Assembly: GCF_004010195.1 (NCBI RefSeq) | Contig: NW_025214707.1 | Location: 5,317-39,944, forward strand | Length of the DNA stretch: 34,628 bases | Reading direction: 5' to 3' | Source: Chiloscyllium plagiosum | Lineage: Eukaryota | In this document: positions 22,103-32,717 of the stretch, piece by piece | Layout: each line of letters starts with the position of its first letter | Numbering within the stretch: the stretch's first letter is position 1 | Program-made: the position numbers and the translations under genes | Notes under the pieces: generated by a model | Databases searched by the model: none | What the model was told of the DNA's origin: nothing | Seen by the model: only the letters and a program-made list of their open reading frames with translations

Positions 22103-23958
22103 GATTAATCCACTCTAACTAACCCTGGCTAGTCTGTTTTACCTAAACCAGGTTAGTTTATACTGATGGATATTGGTTGGTCCAAAATGACTGACCCTGG
22201 TTACATTATACTGACTGACCCTTATCAGTTTAAATTAAGTGAACCCAGTCAATCTATACTAACTGACACTATATTGACTCACCTTGGTCATTCTATACTG
22301 ACTGAGCCTAGTTAATCTATACTGACTGACCCTTATTACTGTCTATTAACTGACCCCGGTCAGTCTGTACTGACTGGCCCTGGTTAGTCTATATTCACTG
22401 ACACTGGTTACTCTATACTGACTGAGCCTAGTCAGTTTATACTGACTAACCCAGGTTACTCGATACTAACTGACCCTGGTTACTGTATACTGATGGATCC
22501 AGGTTACTCTGTACTGACTGACCCTGGTTACTCTATACTGACTGACCTGGTTCCTGATCCTAGCTGACCCAGGTTACTCTGTACTGACTGACCCTGGTTA
22601 CTCTATACTGACTGACCCAGGTTACTCTGTACTAACTGACCCTGGTTACTCTGTACTAACTGACCCTGATTACTCTATACTGACTAACCCAGCATACTCT
22701 GTACTAACTGACCCTGGTTACTCTGTACTGATTGACCCTGGTTACTCTATACTGACTGACCCAGGTTACTGTACACTAACTGACCCTGGTTACTCTATAC
22801 TAACTGACCCTGGTTCCTGTATATTGACTGACCCTGGTTACTCTATACTGATTGACGCAGGTTACTGTATAGTAACTGGCCCTGATTAATCTATACTAAC
22901 TGACCCTGGTTACTCTATGCTGATTGACCCAGGTTACTGTATACTAACTGACCCTGATTACTCTATACTGACTGACCCTGGTTACTCTGTACTGACTGAC
23001 CCTGGTTACTCTATACTGACTGACCCTGGTTACTCTGTACTGGCTCACCCAGGTTACTCTGTACTAACTGACCCTGGTTACTCTATACTGACTGACCCTG
23101 GTTACGCTGTACTGGCTCACCCAGGTTACTCTGTACTAACTGACCCTGGTTACTCTATACTGACTGACCCAGGTTACTGTATACTAACTGACCCTGGTTA
23201 CTGTATACTAACTGACCCTAGTTCCTGTATATTGACTGACCCTGGTTACTCTATACTGATTGACCCAGGTTACTGTATACTAACTGGCCCTGGTTAATCT
23301 ATAGTAACTGACCCTGGTTACTCTATGCTGATTGACCCAGGTTACTGTATACTAACTGACCCTGATTACTCTATACTAACTGACCCTGGTTACTCTGTAC
23401 TGGCTCACCCAGGTTACTCTGTACTAACTGACCCTGGTTACTCTGTACTGACTGACCCTGGTTACTGTATACTGACTGACCCTGGTTACTCTGTACTGGC
23501 TCACCCAGGTTACTCTGTAGTAACTGACCCTGGTTGCTGTATACTGACTGACCCTGGTTACTATGTACTGACTGACCCTGGTTACCCGATCCTAGCTGAC
23601 CCTGGTTACTCTGTACTGACTGACCCTGGTTACTCTGTACTGGCTCACTCAGGTTACTCTGTACTAACTGACACTGGTTACTCTATACTGACTGACCCTG
23701 ATTACTCTATACTAACTGACCCTGGTTACTCTGTACTGGCTCACCCTGGTTACTGTATACTAACTGACCCTGGTTACCCGATCCTAGCTGACCCTGGTTA
23801 CTCTGTACTGACTGACCCTGGTTACTCTGTACTGGCTCACCCAGGTTACTCGATCCTAACTGACCCTGGTTACTATGTACTGGCTCACCCAGGTTACTGT
23901 ATACTGACTGACCCTGGTTACTGTATACTGACTGACCTTGGTCAGTCTATACTAACTG
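22103..23958. repeat. 24-bp minisatellite (roughly 75 units)
   Basis: Unit ACTGACCCTGGTTACTCTATACTG, increasingly homogeneous rightwards. Confidence 0.97.
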
Positions 23959-24414
23959 TCCTGCTCCTATTAAACCACTCCAACACTCCCACACCCTCAT
24001 GTATAAAGTGGCTCTTTCAGCACGAACTGTTCCCTGCCCTTCCTTAGCACCCTCGCTCTCTCTTTGTTCCTTATCTCAGCTAGATCGGAGTATAATGAGC
24101 TGTTGTTGCTGCTGTGTTTTATTCAGCCAGAGCGTGGGATTGTGGACACTGTTTACTCTCTGGCCTGTGTGAGATGGATTGTTGCTGACACAACAAGCAC
24201 AAATATTTCCATTCCCCCGTCGTTTTATCCGTCAAGAAGCGGCAACAAAAAAATCCCACGAGAACCTGCAAGAGTTTCACCACTTAACCTGCCCTGACCA
24301 CACTGCTGTATAGTGGTGTTGAGGGGGTGCCATCTTCCAGTAAAGCACTCCCAGCCCGTCAGTGCATTGGGTGCCTTACTGGAAGGTATCATGTGCTGCT
24401 ATCGATGATAAGTC

Positions 24415-24525
24415 AGTTCTGAGGAAGGGTTACTGGACCCTGTAATGTTAACACTGCTTTCTCTCCACGCGGGCTGCCAGACCTGCTGAGTTTCTCCCGC
24501 AGTTTCTGTTTTTGTTTCTGTTTCC
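24415..24525 (+). mobile_element. Second pLTR-like family fragment with a degenerate hammerhead-like core
   Basis: CTGAGGA-A-GGGT-TACTGG-ACCC..GTTAAC..CTGCCAGACCTGCTGAGTTT. Confidence 0.6.
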
Positions 24526-24599
24526 GATGTAGTTTGTGCCAGATCAGATCCTTCACCTCATTACCACCTACACCCCCACCCCCACCGCCCTGTGATGAA

Positions 24600-25140
24600 G
24601 GTCAGGGCTTCAGCCTGGGTAGTTGGATTTGCCAACCTAGCTGGTATCTGCCATGTGCAGGGTGATGATGGACTGTACCCACATCGCACTGAGACACCCA
24701 TACCATATCGCAGCTGGGATCATCACTGGAAAAGGGTTCCATTCCTCCAGCATGTGTTCACCAAGAGCAGATCTTCAAAAGTCTGTGCCAGGTACCCTGT
24801 GAGCTGGCATGATGCCCAGATCCTTGAGAACTCTCTTGTCCCCACTAAAAACTGGATGCCTTATAAGGATGGTTACCCTGAGACTAGAGCTACCCTGTGT
24901 AACTCCATCACACAACAGCAGGCCACTTTTCCACCAGATGGTGGTGCAGACAGTGGCCTTCCTGAACAAGAGGTTCTGATCATTGGCTTAGGCTGCGGGG
25001 AGTGGTACAGTGTGGACAGAGTGTACCACAAAAGCCTGGCATGCTGTGCTCTGCGCAACCGGAGCACGCAAAGACGGGACGTGATGGACGCTGAAAGAGC
25101 TGCGAGAGCAGTTTTACGAGGAGCAGGATGAGGATGAGGG
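24600..25140 (+). pseudogene. Frameshifted PIF/Harbinger (HARBI1-like DDE) transposase fossil
   Basis: Across frames: GFANLAGICHVQG / MDCTHIAL..KGFHS / VCARYPVSWHDAQILENS / DGYP / QTVAFLNKRF / YSVDRV..LACCALRN, then an acidic GAGGAT tract, in the canonical order. Confidence 0.8.
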
Positions 25141-25224
25141 TATCAAGCAGAAGGAATTTCGCATTCTGCGTGATGGAACGGGATAACGACAGGCACTGCA
25201 AGCCAGACAGGACTAAACTGGCAT

Positions 25225-25352
25225 GAAAACAGAAATTCTCATTTCTGAAGAAGGATCTGAAACATTAACTCGGATTTCTCGCCGCAGACCTGCTGCGTTT
25301 TTCAGCCAATTTCCGTTTTGGTTTCAGATTCCCAGCATCCGCAGTTCTTCCG
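25225..25352 (+). mobile_element. Second pLTR-like family fragment
   Basis: CTGAAGAAGG..GAAACATTAACTC..AGACCTGCTG..TTTCAGATTCCCAGCATCCGCAG. Confidence 0.6.
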
Positions 25353-25916
25353 GTTTTTTTTGTTTCGGACCCAGTTCCAAGAGATGAGTGCTGTTTGCAG
25401 GGATCGATTGTTGACTGTCGATTAGCTGATCGAAAGCCAAGCAGTCACTGCCTGTTCTGAGCAAGGAATGCAATATTTTGTTTTCCCATTTCTTCTTCGC
25501 TTTTCTTGTTGTTCAATAAGTAACGTTTCCAACTGAACAATAAGATAATGCTATGCTACTGTGTGTGTTAGGGAACGAGCAGACAGGGTTTGGACATGAC
25601 ATGGTGCTGGGGATAGCAGTTCATCTGCCTTGCTTGAAATTTGTAGCTGCAGTGACAGTGGCAGTCTATCAGTCAGGTAATGATGTAAAATAGCAACACA
25701 CTCATGAATGTGAGCTTCTATTTGCCATGAAGAGCCACCCGTGCCACCTCTGTGCCCTCGAAAAGCCTTTTCCTTTTGCTAACCTTTACCTACACAGTGA
25801 AGGGTAACTCCTGGCTGCCAGTGCTCAACGCTAGCTCTGCTGACCAAAAGCAGCCCTCGAGACAGTCACATTCAACACCCGGTTCTGGGCCAGCGAGGGG
25901 GGCAGCTTTAATGAGT

Positions 25917-26005
25917 CAAAACAGAAAATGCTGGAGGAAACTCAGCAGGTCTGGCATCCATCTGTGGAGAGAGAGAGAGAGAGAAAAACAGAGTTAACGT
26001 CTCGA
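25917..26005 (-). mobile_element. Second pLTR-like family fragment (reverse) with GA expansion
   Basis: AAAACAGAAAATGCTGGAGGAAACTCAGCAGGTCTGGC..CAGAGTTAACG is the reverse of 24445-24515. Confidence 0.65.
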
Positions 26006-26139
26006 CTCCAGAGCACCCTTCCTTGCCTCTGCCCACTTAAAGCTGGAGAATATGTTGCGTTCGCCTTGGTGCCAACAGAGGTTGGGCTGAATGACCTATT
26101 TCTTTCTACGCTCCTGGATGGATCTGGTTTTTGAAAGGA

Positions 26140-26298
26140 CGACACAGTGGGTAGCACTATTGCCTCACCATACCAGGGACCTGGCTTTGATTCCAGCCTT
26201 GGCCAACTGTCTGTGTGGAGTTTATATGTCTCCCCATATCTGGGTGCTCCGGTTTCCTCCCACAATCCGAATATGTGCAGGTCAGGTGGATTGGCATT
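26140..26298 (+). mobile_element. HE1-type SINE 5' half
   Basis: CAGTGGGTAGCACTATTGCCTCAC..TGTCTGTGTGGAGTTT..GGTTTCCTCCCACA. Confidence 0.82.
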
Positions 26299-26323
26299 AT
26301 TGGTCTCACCATGTGTCTAATTT

Positions 26324-26648
26324 GGGCGGCACGGTGGCTCAGTGGTTAGCACTGCTGCCTCACAGCACCAAGGACCCGGGTTCGATTCCAGCCTCGGGCG
26401 ACTGTCTGTGTGGAGTTTGCACGTTCTCCCCGTGTCTGTGTGGGTTTGTTCTGGTTTCCTCCCATGTTTCAAAGAGGTGCAGGTTAGGGTGAACTGGCTG
26501 TGCTAAATTACCCATACTGTTCAGGGATGTGTACTTTAGGTGCATTAGTCAGAGGGGAATGGGTCTGGGTGGGTTACTCTTTGGAGGGTCGGTATGGACT
26601 TGTTGGGCCAAATGGCCTGTTTCCACCCTGTAGGGATTCTATTCTATG
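26324..26648 (+). mobile_element. Full-length HE1-type SINE
   Basis: A box TGGCTCAGTGG 26335-26345, B box GGTTCGATTCC 26379-26389, core, CR1-like tail. Confidence 0.95.
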
Positions 26649-26919
26649 ACCTCAGCCCTACACTTCTTGAAGTTCCCGGGAATCTATTACACAAAAGGTC
26701 TAATGGAAAGCAAATTGTTGTTGTAATGCAATAGGCAGTGAGAGTGGTGGATCAGCCAAAAGCTGGAAAAGCACTGTGTCAATTTATAAGCTGATTTGCC
26801 AGTTCCATCCTAAATTTATGGTACTTATAAAGGTGACTGTGTATATTCTATTACTAACAGTTCGCTTTTATTATCCCACTGAAGCAAACGTGCACACTAA
26901 AACCCTGAGAGTGGCAGCT

Positions 26920-29910
26920 AGAATGGTCTTCACCTGAGCCAGAGGGGTACCAATATCCTGGGGGGGCAAATTTGCGAATGGTCTCCGGGTGTGTTTAAAC
27001 TAAGTCAGCAGGTGGATGGAAACCTAAATTGTAGCTCGAGTGTAGAGGAGGTTGAGAGTAGGGAGGTCCAAAATAAGGTTTCAGGGTCGCAAGAGGGCAC
27101 TGGCAAGCAGGAAGGTGGCTTGAAGTGTGTCTACTTCAATGCCAGGAGCATTCGTATAAGGTGGGTGAACCTGCAGTCTGGGTTGGTACCTGGGACTTCG
27201 ATGTTGTGGCCATTTCGGAGACATGGGGAGAGCAGGGACAGGAATAATTATTGCAGGTTTTGGGATTTAGATGTTTCAATAAGAGCAGAGAAGATAGTAA
27301 AAGAGAGGGAGGTGTGGCATTGTTAGTCAAGGACAGTATTACGGTGGCAGAAAGGATGTTTGAGGACTTGTCTACTGAGGTAGTATAGGCTGAGGTTAGA
27401 AACTGGAAAGGAGAGGAGAGGACACCCTGTTGGGAGTTTTCTATCAGCCTCCGAATAGATCCAGAGATGTAGAGGAAAGGATAGCAAAGATTATTCTCGA
27501 TAGGAGTGAGAGTAACAGGGTAGTTGTTATGGGGGACTTCAATTTACCAAGTATTGACTGGGAATATTATAGTTTGAGTACTTTAGGTGGGTCAGGTTTT
27601 GTCCAGTATAAGCAGAAAGGTTTCCTGACACAGTATGTAGACAAGCCAACAAGGGGTGAGGCCACATTAGATTTGGTACTGGGTAATGGTGTTAGTACAG
27701 GTGTTAGATTTGGAGGTAGGTGAGCACTTTGGTGATAGTGACCACAATTCGGTTATGTTTACTTTAGCGATGGAAAGGGATAGGTATATACCACAGGACA
27801 AGAGTTATTGCTGGGGGAAAGGCAATTATGAAGTGATTTGGCAGGATTTAGGATGCATAGGATGGGGAAGGAAACTGCAGGGGATGGGCACAATTGAAAT
27901 GTGGAGCTTATTCAAGGAACAGCTACTGCGTGTCCTTGATAAGTATGTACCTGTCAGGCAGGGAGGAAGTGGTCGAGTGAAGGAGCCGTGGTTTACTAAA
28001 GACGTTGAATCTCTTGTCAAGAGGAAGAAGGCGGCTTATGTTAGGATGAGATGTGAAGGCTCAGTTTGAGTGTTACAGGGTAGCCAGGAAGGGACCCAAA
28101 GAGAGAGCTAAGGAGAGCCAGGAGGGGACATGAGAAGCCTTTGGCAGGTTGGATCAAGAAAAACCCTGAAACTTTCTATAGGTAGATCAGGAATAAAAGA
28201 ATGACTAAGAGTAGGGTTAGGGCCAATCAAGGATAGTAGTGGGAAGTTGTGCGTGGAGTCTGAGGAGATAGGGGAAGCGCTAAATGAATATTGTTCGTCA
28301 GTATTTACACTGGAAAGAGACAATGTTGTTGAGGAGGATACTGAGATACAGGCTACTAGACTAGACAGGATTGAGATTTACAAGGAGGAGGTGTTAGCAA
28401 TTCTGGAAAGTGTGAAAATAGATAAGTCCCCTGGGCCAGATGGGATTTATCCCAGGATTCTCTGGGAAGCCAGGGAGGAGACTGTAGAGCCTTTGGCTTT
28501 GATCTCTATGTCATCACTGTCTACAGGAACAGTGCCAGAAGACTGGACGATAGCAAATGTTGTCCCCTTGCTCAAGAAGGGGAGTAGAGACAACCCTGGT
28601 AATGATAGACCAGTGAGCCTTACTTTGGGTGTGGGTAAAGTGTTGGAAAAGATTATAAGAGATAGGATTTACAATCATCTTGATAGAAATAAGTTGATTA
28701 GGGATAGTCAACACGGCTTTGTGAAGGGTAGGTCTTGCCTCACAAACCTTATTCAGTTCTTTGAGAAGGTGACCAAACAGGTGGATGAGGGTAAAGCAGT
28801 TGATGTGGTGTATGTGGATTTCAGTAAGGCATTTGATCAAGTTCCCCATGATAGGCTACTGAACAAAATACAGAGGCATGGGATTGAGGGTGATTTAGCG
28901 GTTTGGATCAGAAATTGGCTAGCTGAAAGAAGACAGAGGGTGGTGGTTGATGGGAAATGTTCATCCTGGAGTTCAGTTATGAGCAGTTATAAGGATCTGT
29001 TTTGGGTCTACTGTTTTGTTATTTTTATAAATAACCTATATGAGGGCGTAAAAGGATAGGTTAGTAAATTTGCAGATGACACTAAGGTCGGTAGAGTTGT
29101 GGATAGCGTTGAAGGATGTTGTAGGTTACAGAGGGACATAGATAAGCTGCAGAGCTGGGCTGAGAGGTGGCAAATGGAGTTTAATACAGAAAAGTGTGAG
29201 GTGATTCACTTTGGCAGGAGCAACAGGAATGCAGAGTACTGGGCTAATGGTAAGATTCTCAGTAGTGTGGATGAACAGAGAGATCTCGGTGTTCATGTAC
29301 ATAGATCCCTGAAAGTTGCCACCCAAGTTGAGAGGGTTGTTAAGGAAGCATACGGTGTGTTAGCTTTTATTGGGAGAGGGATTGAGTTTTGGAACCACAA
29401 GGTCATGCTGCAGCTGGACAAAACTCTGGTGTGGCCGCACTTGGAGTATTGCGTACAGTTCTGGTCACCGCATTATAGGAAGGATGTGGAAGCTTTGGAA
29501 AGGGCTCAGAGGAGATTTACTCGGATGATGCCTGAGAGTGAAGGAAGGTCTTAGGAGGAAAGGCTGAGGGACTTGAGGCTGATTTTGTTAGAGAGAAGAA
29601 TGTTGAGAGATGACTTAATTGGGACATATAAAATAATCAGAGGGTTGGATAGGGTGGACAGGGAGAGCCTTTTTCCTCGGATGGTGATGGCTCGCACGAG
29701 AGGACATAGCTTCAGACTGAGGAGTGATAGATACAGGACAGATGTCAGAGGTGGTTTCTTTACTCAGTGAGTAGTAGGGGCGTGGAATGCACTGCCTGCA
29801 ACAGTAGTAGACTCGCCAACTTTAAGTGCATTTAAATGGTCATTGTATGGACTTATGGATGAAAATGGAATAGATGGGCTTCACAGGATCGAGGGCCTGT
29901 ACTGTGCTGT
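26920..29910 (+). mobile_element. Long CR1 LINE: ORF1 end plus disrupted ORF2 (APE endonuclease and RT)
   Basis: GLHLSQRGTNILGG (ORF1 esterase-type end); CVYFNARSI, VMGDFNLP, LDLVL, SDHN (APE); KSPGPDGI, QHGFVKGRSCLTNL, DFSKAFD, KFADDTK (RT); multiple stops and frameshifts. Confidence 0.95.
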
Positions 29911-30720
29911 GTCAGCCGCTGGCTATATATAGACTTCAGTATTTGTTTGTTGGCTCTCACTGGGACGCCAGACTTCAAGTTGGGGGGGGGGGGAGAGAAA
30001 AAAAGACCAAAGCAGCCGTGAAAACTGAGGCGTTCACCAAATTGAGACGTCCAGAGATCAGAATCAAGGAAGTGGCTTCCTGTTCCATTCCTGCAGCCTT
30101 TTGAAAAGGAACACGCACTGGCTGGAGTCGCACCGTCTGCAATGTGCAGCCTCAGCACAGGCCCCTCGAGCTGCAGGCAGACCCTGGGGCTGCGGTAAGC
30201 TCGCTGCCATTTTGTCACAGGGGCCATCCCAACGGCGGTAAATTGCAGCAGTCACTGGCTACTTCCCGCCCTCCCAGTCTCCCTCACACAGCGAAGGAGG
30301 ATGCAAGCTGACTCATTCTTTGTGGCGATAATATAAAACGACAGCAATCAACTGTGAGAACCCTCTCCCCTCCATGATAGATCTAAATCTCCCCCACAGC
30401 GTCAGGCTACACCCCGACCGGGGATGTCCTTTCACAATGCAGCTACTGCTTTAACACAGGCAACACAAGGGCACAGCAGGTTCCCACAAGCAGCGACGTG
30501 ATGGTGACCCGGTTTCTCTCAGATATATTCGCTCCAGCATCTTTGAGAGTGAGCAGGAGTTCTGCTCGGGCCTCGTCTGAGAGAGCAGCGCCTCCGACAG
30601 TGCAGCACTCCGCCAATGTTGCACCGGGAGCGGTAGGCCGCTCTGGAAGCGCTAACCTTCAGACTCAGTGGTGAGAGCTGCTGCCGACTGGGCCAGGCCT
30701 TGAAGTGGAGATCGCTCAAA
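29910..30720. promoter_or_regulatory. CpG-retaining candidate promoter/enhancer
   Basis: About 35 CpG in ~800 bp by hand count; ETS, YY1-like, E2F/GC-box, AP-1 and TATA-like motifs. Confidence 0.35.
30415..30695 (-). mobile_element. DeuSINE/SacSINE1-like SINE
   Basis: GCACAGCAGGTTCCCACAAGCAGC..CCTCCGACAGTGCAGCACTCC..AACCTTCAGACTCAG aligns by eye to 6885-7155. Confidence 0.6.
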
Positions 30721-31305
30721 ATCCCCCAAGACAAAGTATCACTAGATAAGACACTCTAACTCACAACACGAACCTCTGCCCTGCCTCTCCATGACAGGGA
30801 GGTGGACAAGGTCAGAAGTCACACACCACACCAGCTTATCATCCAACTGGGTTATTTGAAATCACAGTCATGTGACCCCACATTTCCAACACAATAGTTC
30901 TGTCCTGCTCCTTGGATTTTATCGAAAAAGCTGCAGTTATTGAAATGAGAAGGAGGTGGAAAGGAGTGGGGGGCATGGATAGAAGAGCAGAGAAAAACAC
31001 TTGACCCAAAAGCAGTGCTGGCAATCCGCCTGTTCCATTCAGAAACTATGGGGAGGCCTGGGAACCTTACAGCTGCAAGCAGAATTGTTACAGCCGGGGC
31101 CCCAGTCGACTCCATAAAATCCACCCCTCTGATCTGGGACGGTCTCGTTCAAATAATTAAGTGAGCAATCCACCTCTGGGAAAGGATTGATTGTCTGCTC
31201 CCATCCCACTCCCATGAGATATTCAAGATGATAAAAGTTCAGGATAAAATCGACCTGGAGCTGGCGCTTCCTCTCCTGCGGCATTCTAGGGTGAGAGGTT
31301 ATAGT

Positions 31306-31554
31306 TGAAAATGTGTTGCTGGAAAAGCGCAGCAGGACATTGAAAATGTGTTGCTGGAAAAGCGCAGCAGGTCAGGCAGCATCCAAGGAACAGGAGACAG
31401 GTGTCTGCTGGACACACTTTCCTCATTCCTGAAGAAGGGCTTATGCCCGAAACGTCGATTCTCCTGTTCCTTGGATGTTGCCTGACCTGCTGCGCTTTCG
31501 CAGCAACACATTTTCAGCTCTGATCTCCAGCATCTGCAGCCCTCGCTTTCTCTT
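31306..31554. mobile_element. Penelope-pLTR-like palindromic element with an intact hammerhead-like core
   Basis: Perfect 14-bp TSD TGAGAGGTTATAGT 31292-31305 / 31555-31568; core CTGAAGA-A-GGGC-TTAT-GCCC-GAAACGTC at 31429-31456. Confidence 0.87.
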
Positions 31555-31715
31555 TGAGAGGTTATAGTCTTTGGATACAGGGGAGCAAATTTAAAACAGA
31601 GCTAAGGAGAAACTGCTTCTCCCAGAGGGTTGTGAATCTGTGGAATTCACTCCCCCAAAGTGCAGAGGATGCTGGGACAGTGAGTCACTTTAAGGAGGAG
31701 TTAGATAGATGTTTA

Positions 31716-31980
31716 ATTAGATTCTCTCCAGGGTGGAAACAGGTCCTTCAGCCTAATAATTCCACACCAACCCTCCAAAGAGCAGCCTACTCCCCTATTT
31801 ACCCCTAACACTATGGGCAATTTAACATGGCCATTTTACCTAAGCTGCACATCTTTGGACTGTGGGAGAAAACACACACACAGAGAATGTGCAAACTCTA
31901 CACAGACAGTCACCCAAGGCTATAATTGAACCCAGGTCCCTGGTGCTGTGAGGTAGCAGTACTAACTACTGAGCTACCCA
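31716..31980 (-). mobile_element. HE1-type SINE
   Basis: GGGCAATTTAACATGGCC..CTGCACATCTTTGGACTGTGGGAG..GAACCCAGGTCCCTGGTGCTGTGAGG. Confidence 0.88.
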
Positions 31981-32331
31981 TCAGTAATGGGTTGAAGGGA
32001 TATAGAGAGAAGGCAGGAAAATGGGGATGAGGAGCATATCAGTCATGTTCAAAGGTGGAGCAGAGTCAATGGGCTGAATGGCCTAATTTGAGTCCGATAT
32101 CTTAGAACTTATGAATCCCCTGCCCCTGTCCTGCCTCTGATCAAACTGGGAGTGGCTATCTTCAACTTGGATTGGGATGGCATGGGACCTTTAAAAGACT
32201 TGAACAGCCCAACCATCCCAGACTCACCTGGTTTTGGGATTGAAATTACCCCACTGTCTATTCACCTCTCAATTTCCATCAGCAGAGTGAGGGCTATGTG
32301 GGATTTCTGAGCAGCTGATATGGAGAAGACA

Positions 32332-32717
32332 GCCTAGTGGTATTATCACTAGAATATTAATCCAGAGATTAGATCAGAGTGGTGCTGGAAAAGCACAGCA
32401 GGTCGGGCAGCATCCGAGGAGCAGGAAAATCGACGATTTGGGCAAAAGCCCTTCATCAGGAATAGAGGGACCTTGGTAATGTTCTGGGTTAAAATCCTGC
32501 CACGGCAGATGGTGGAATTTGGAATCAATATTAAAAAAAAGGCCATTTGTTGATTGTCAAAAAAAAGTCCACCTGTTTACTGATGCTGTTTTAAGAAGGA
32601 AATCTGCTGTCCTTTACCTGGCCTGGCTGGCATGTGACTCCAGACCCACAGACAATGTGACTTACTCTTAACTGCCCTCTGGCCTAGCCAGCGATGCCCA
32701 CATGCTGTGGGAAAAAA
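32332..32717 (+). mobile_element. tRNA-headed SINE of the second family, interrupted by a pLTR arm
   Basis: GCCTAGTGG (A-box-like), GGGTTAAAATCC (B-box-like), body shared with 14835-15000, tail GGCCTAGCCAGCGATGCCCACAT. Confidence 0.75.
32369..32463 (-). mobile_element. Single-arm pLTR-like fragment
   Basis: Reverse reads CTGATGA-A-GGGC-TTTT-GCCC-AAATCGTC (GAAA mutated). Confidence 0.78.

Larger units (their letters stand above)
31213..32112 (+). mobile_element. CR1 3' portion carrying two nested insertions
   Basis: EIFKMIK..SRVRGYSLWIQGSKFKTELRRNCFSQRVVNLWNSLP; tail GGGCTGAATGGCCT. Confidence 0.85.

Noticed and set aside
22917..24047. ORFs with TDPGYSIL octapeptide repeats (superficially like ice-nucleation or other repeat proteins)
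   Set aside because: They follow from a 24-bp unit lacking stops in one frame; there is an in-array stop at 23297, the ATGs are rare unit variants, and the array is split by a LINE
26324..26395. tRNA gene
   Set aside because: The A/B boxes are the tRNA-derived head of an HE1 SINE and continue into the SINE core
26920..29910. Active reverse transcriptase gene
   Set aside because: ORF2 is broken by many stops and frameshifts, with a deletion at the QGSVLGP motif; ORF1 is mostly absent
30805..30870. Possible fragment of a third pLTR-like repeat (AGAAGTCACAC..TTATTTGAAATCACA)
   Set aside because: Single short copy without a ribozyme core; cannot be supported from this window
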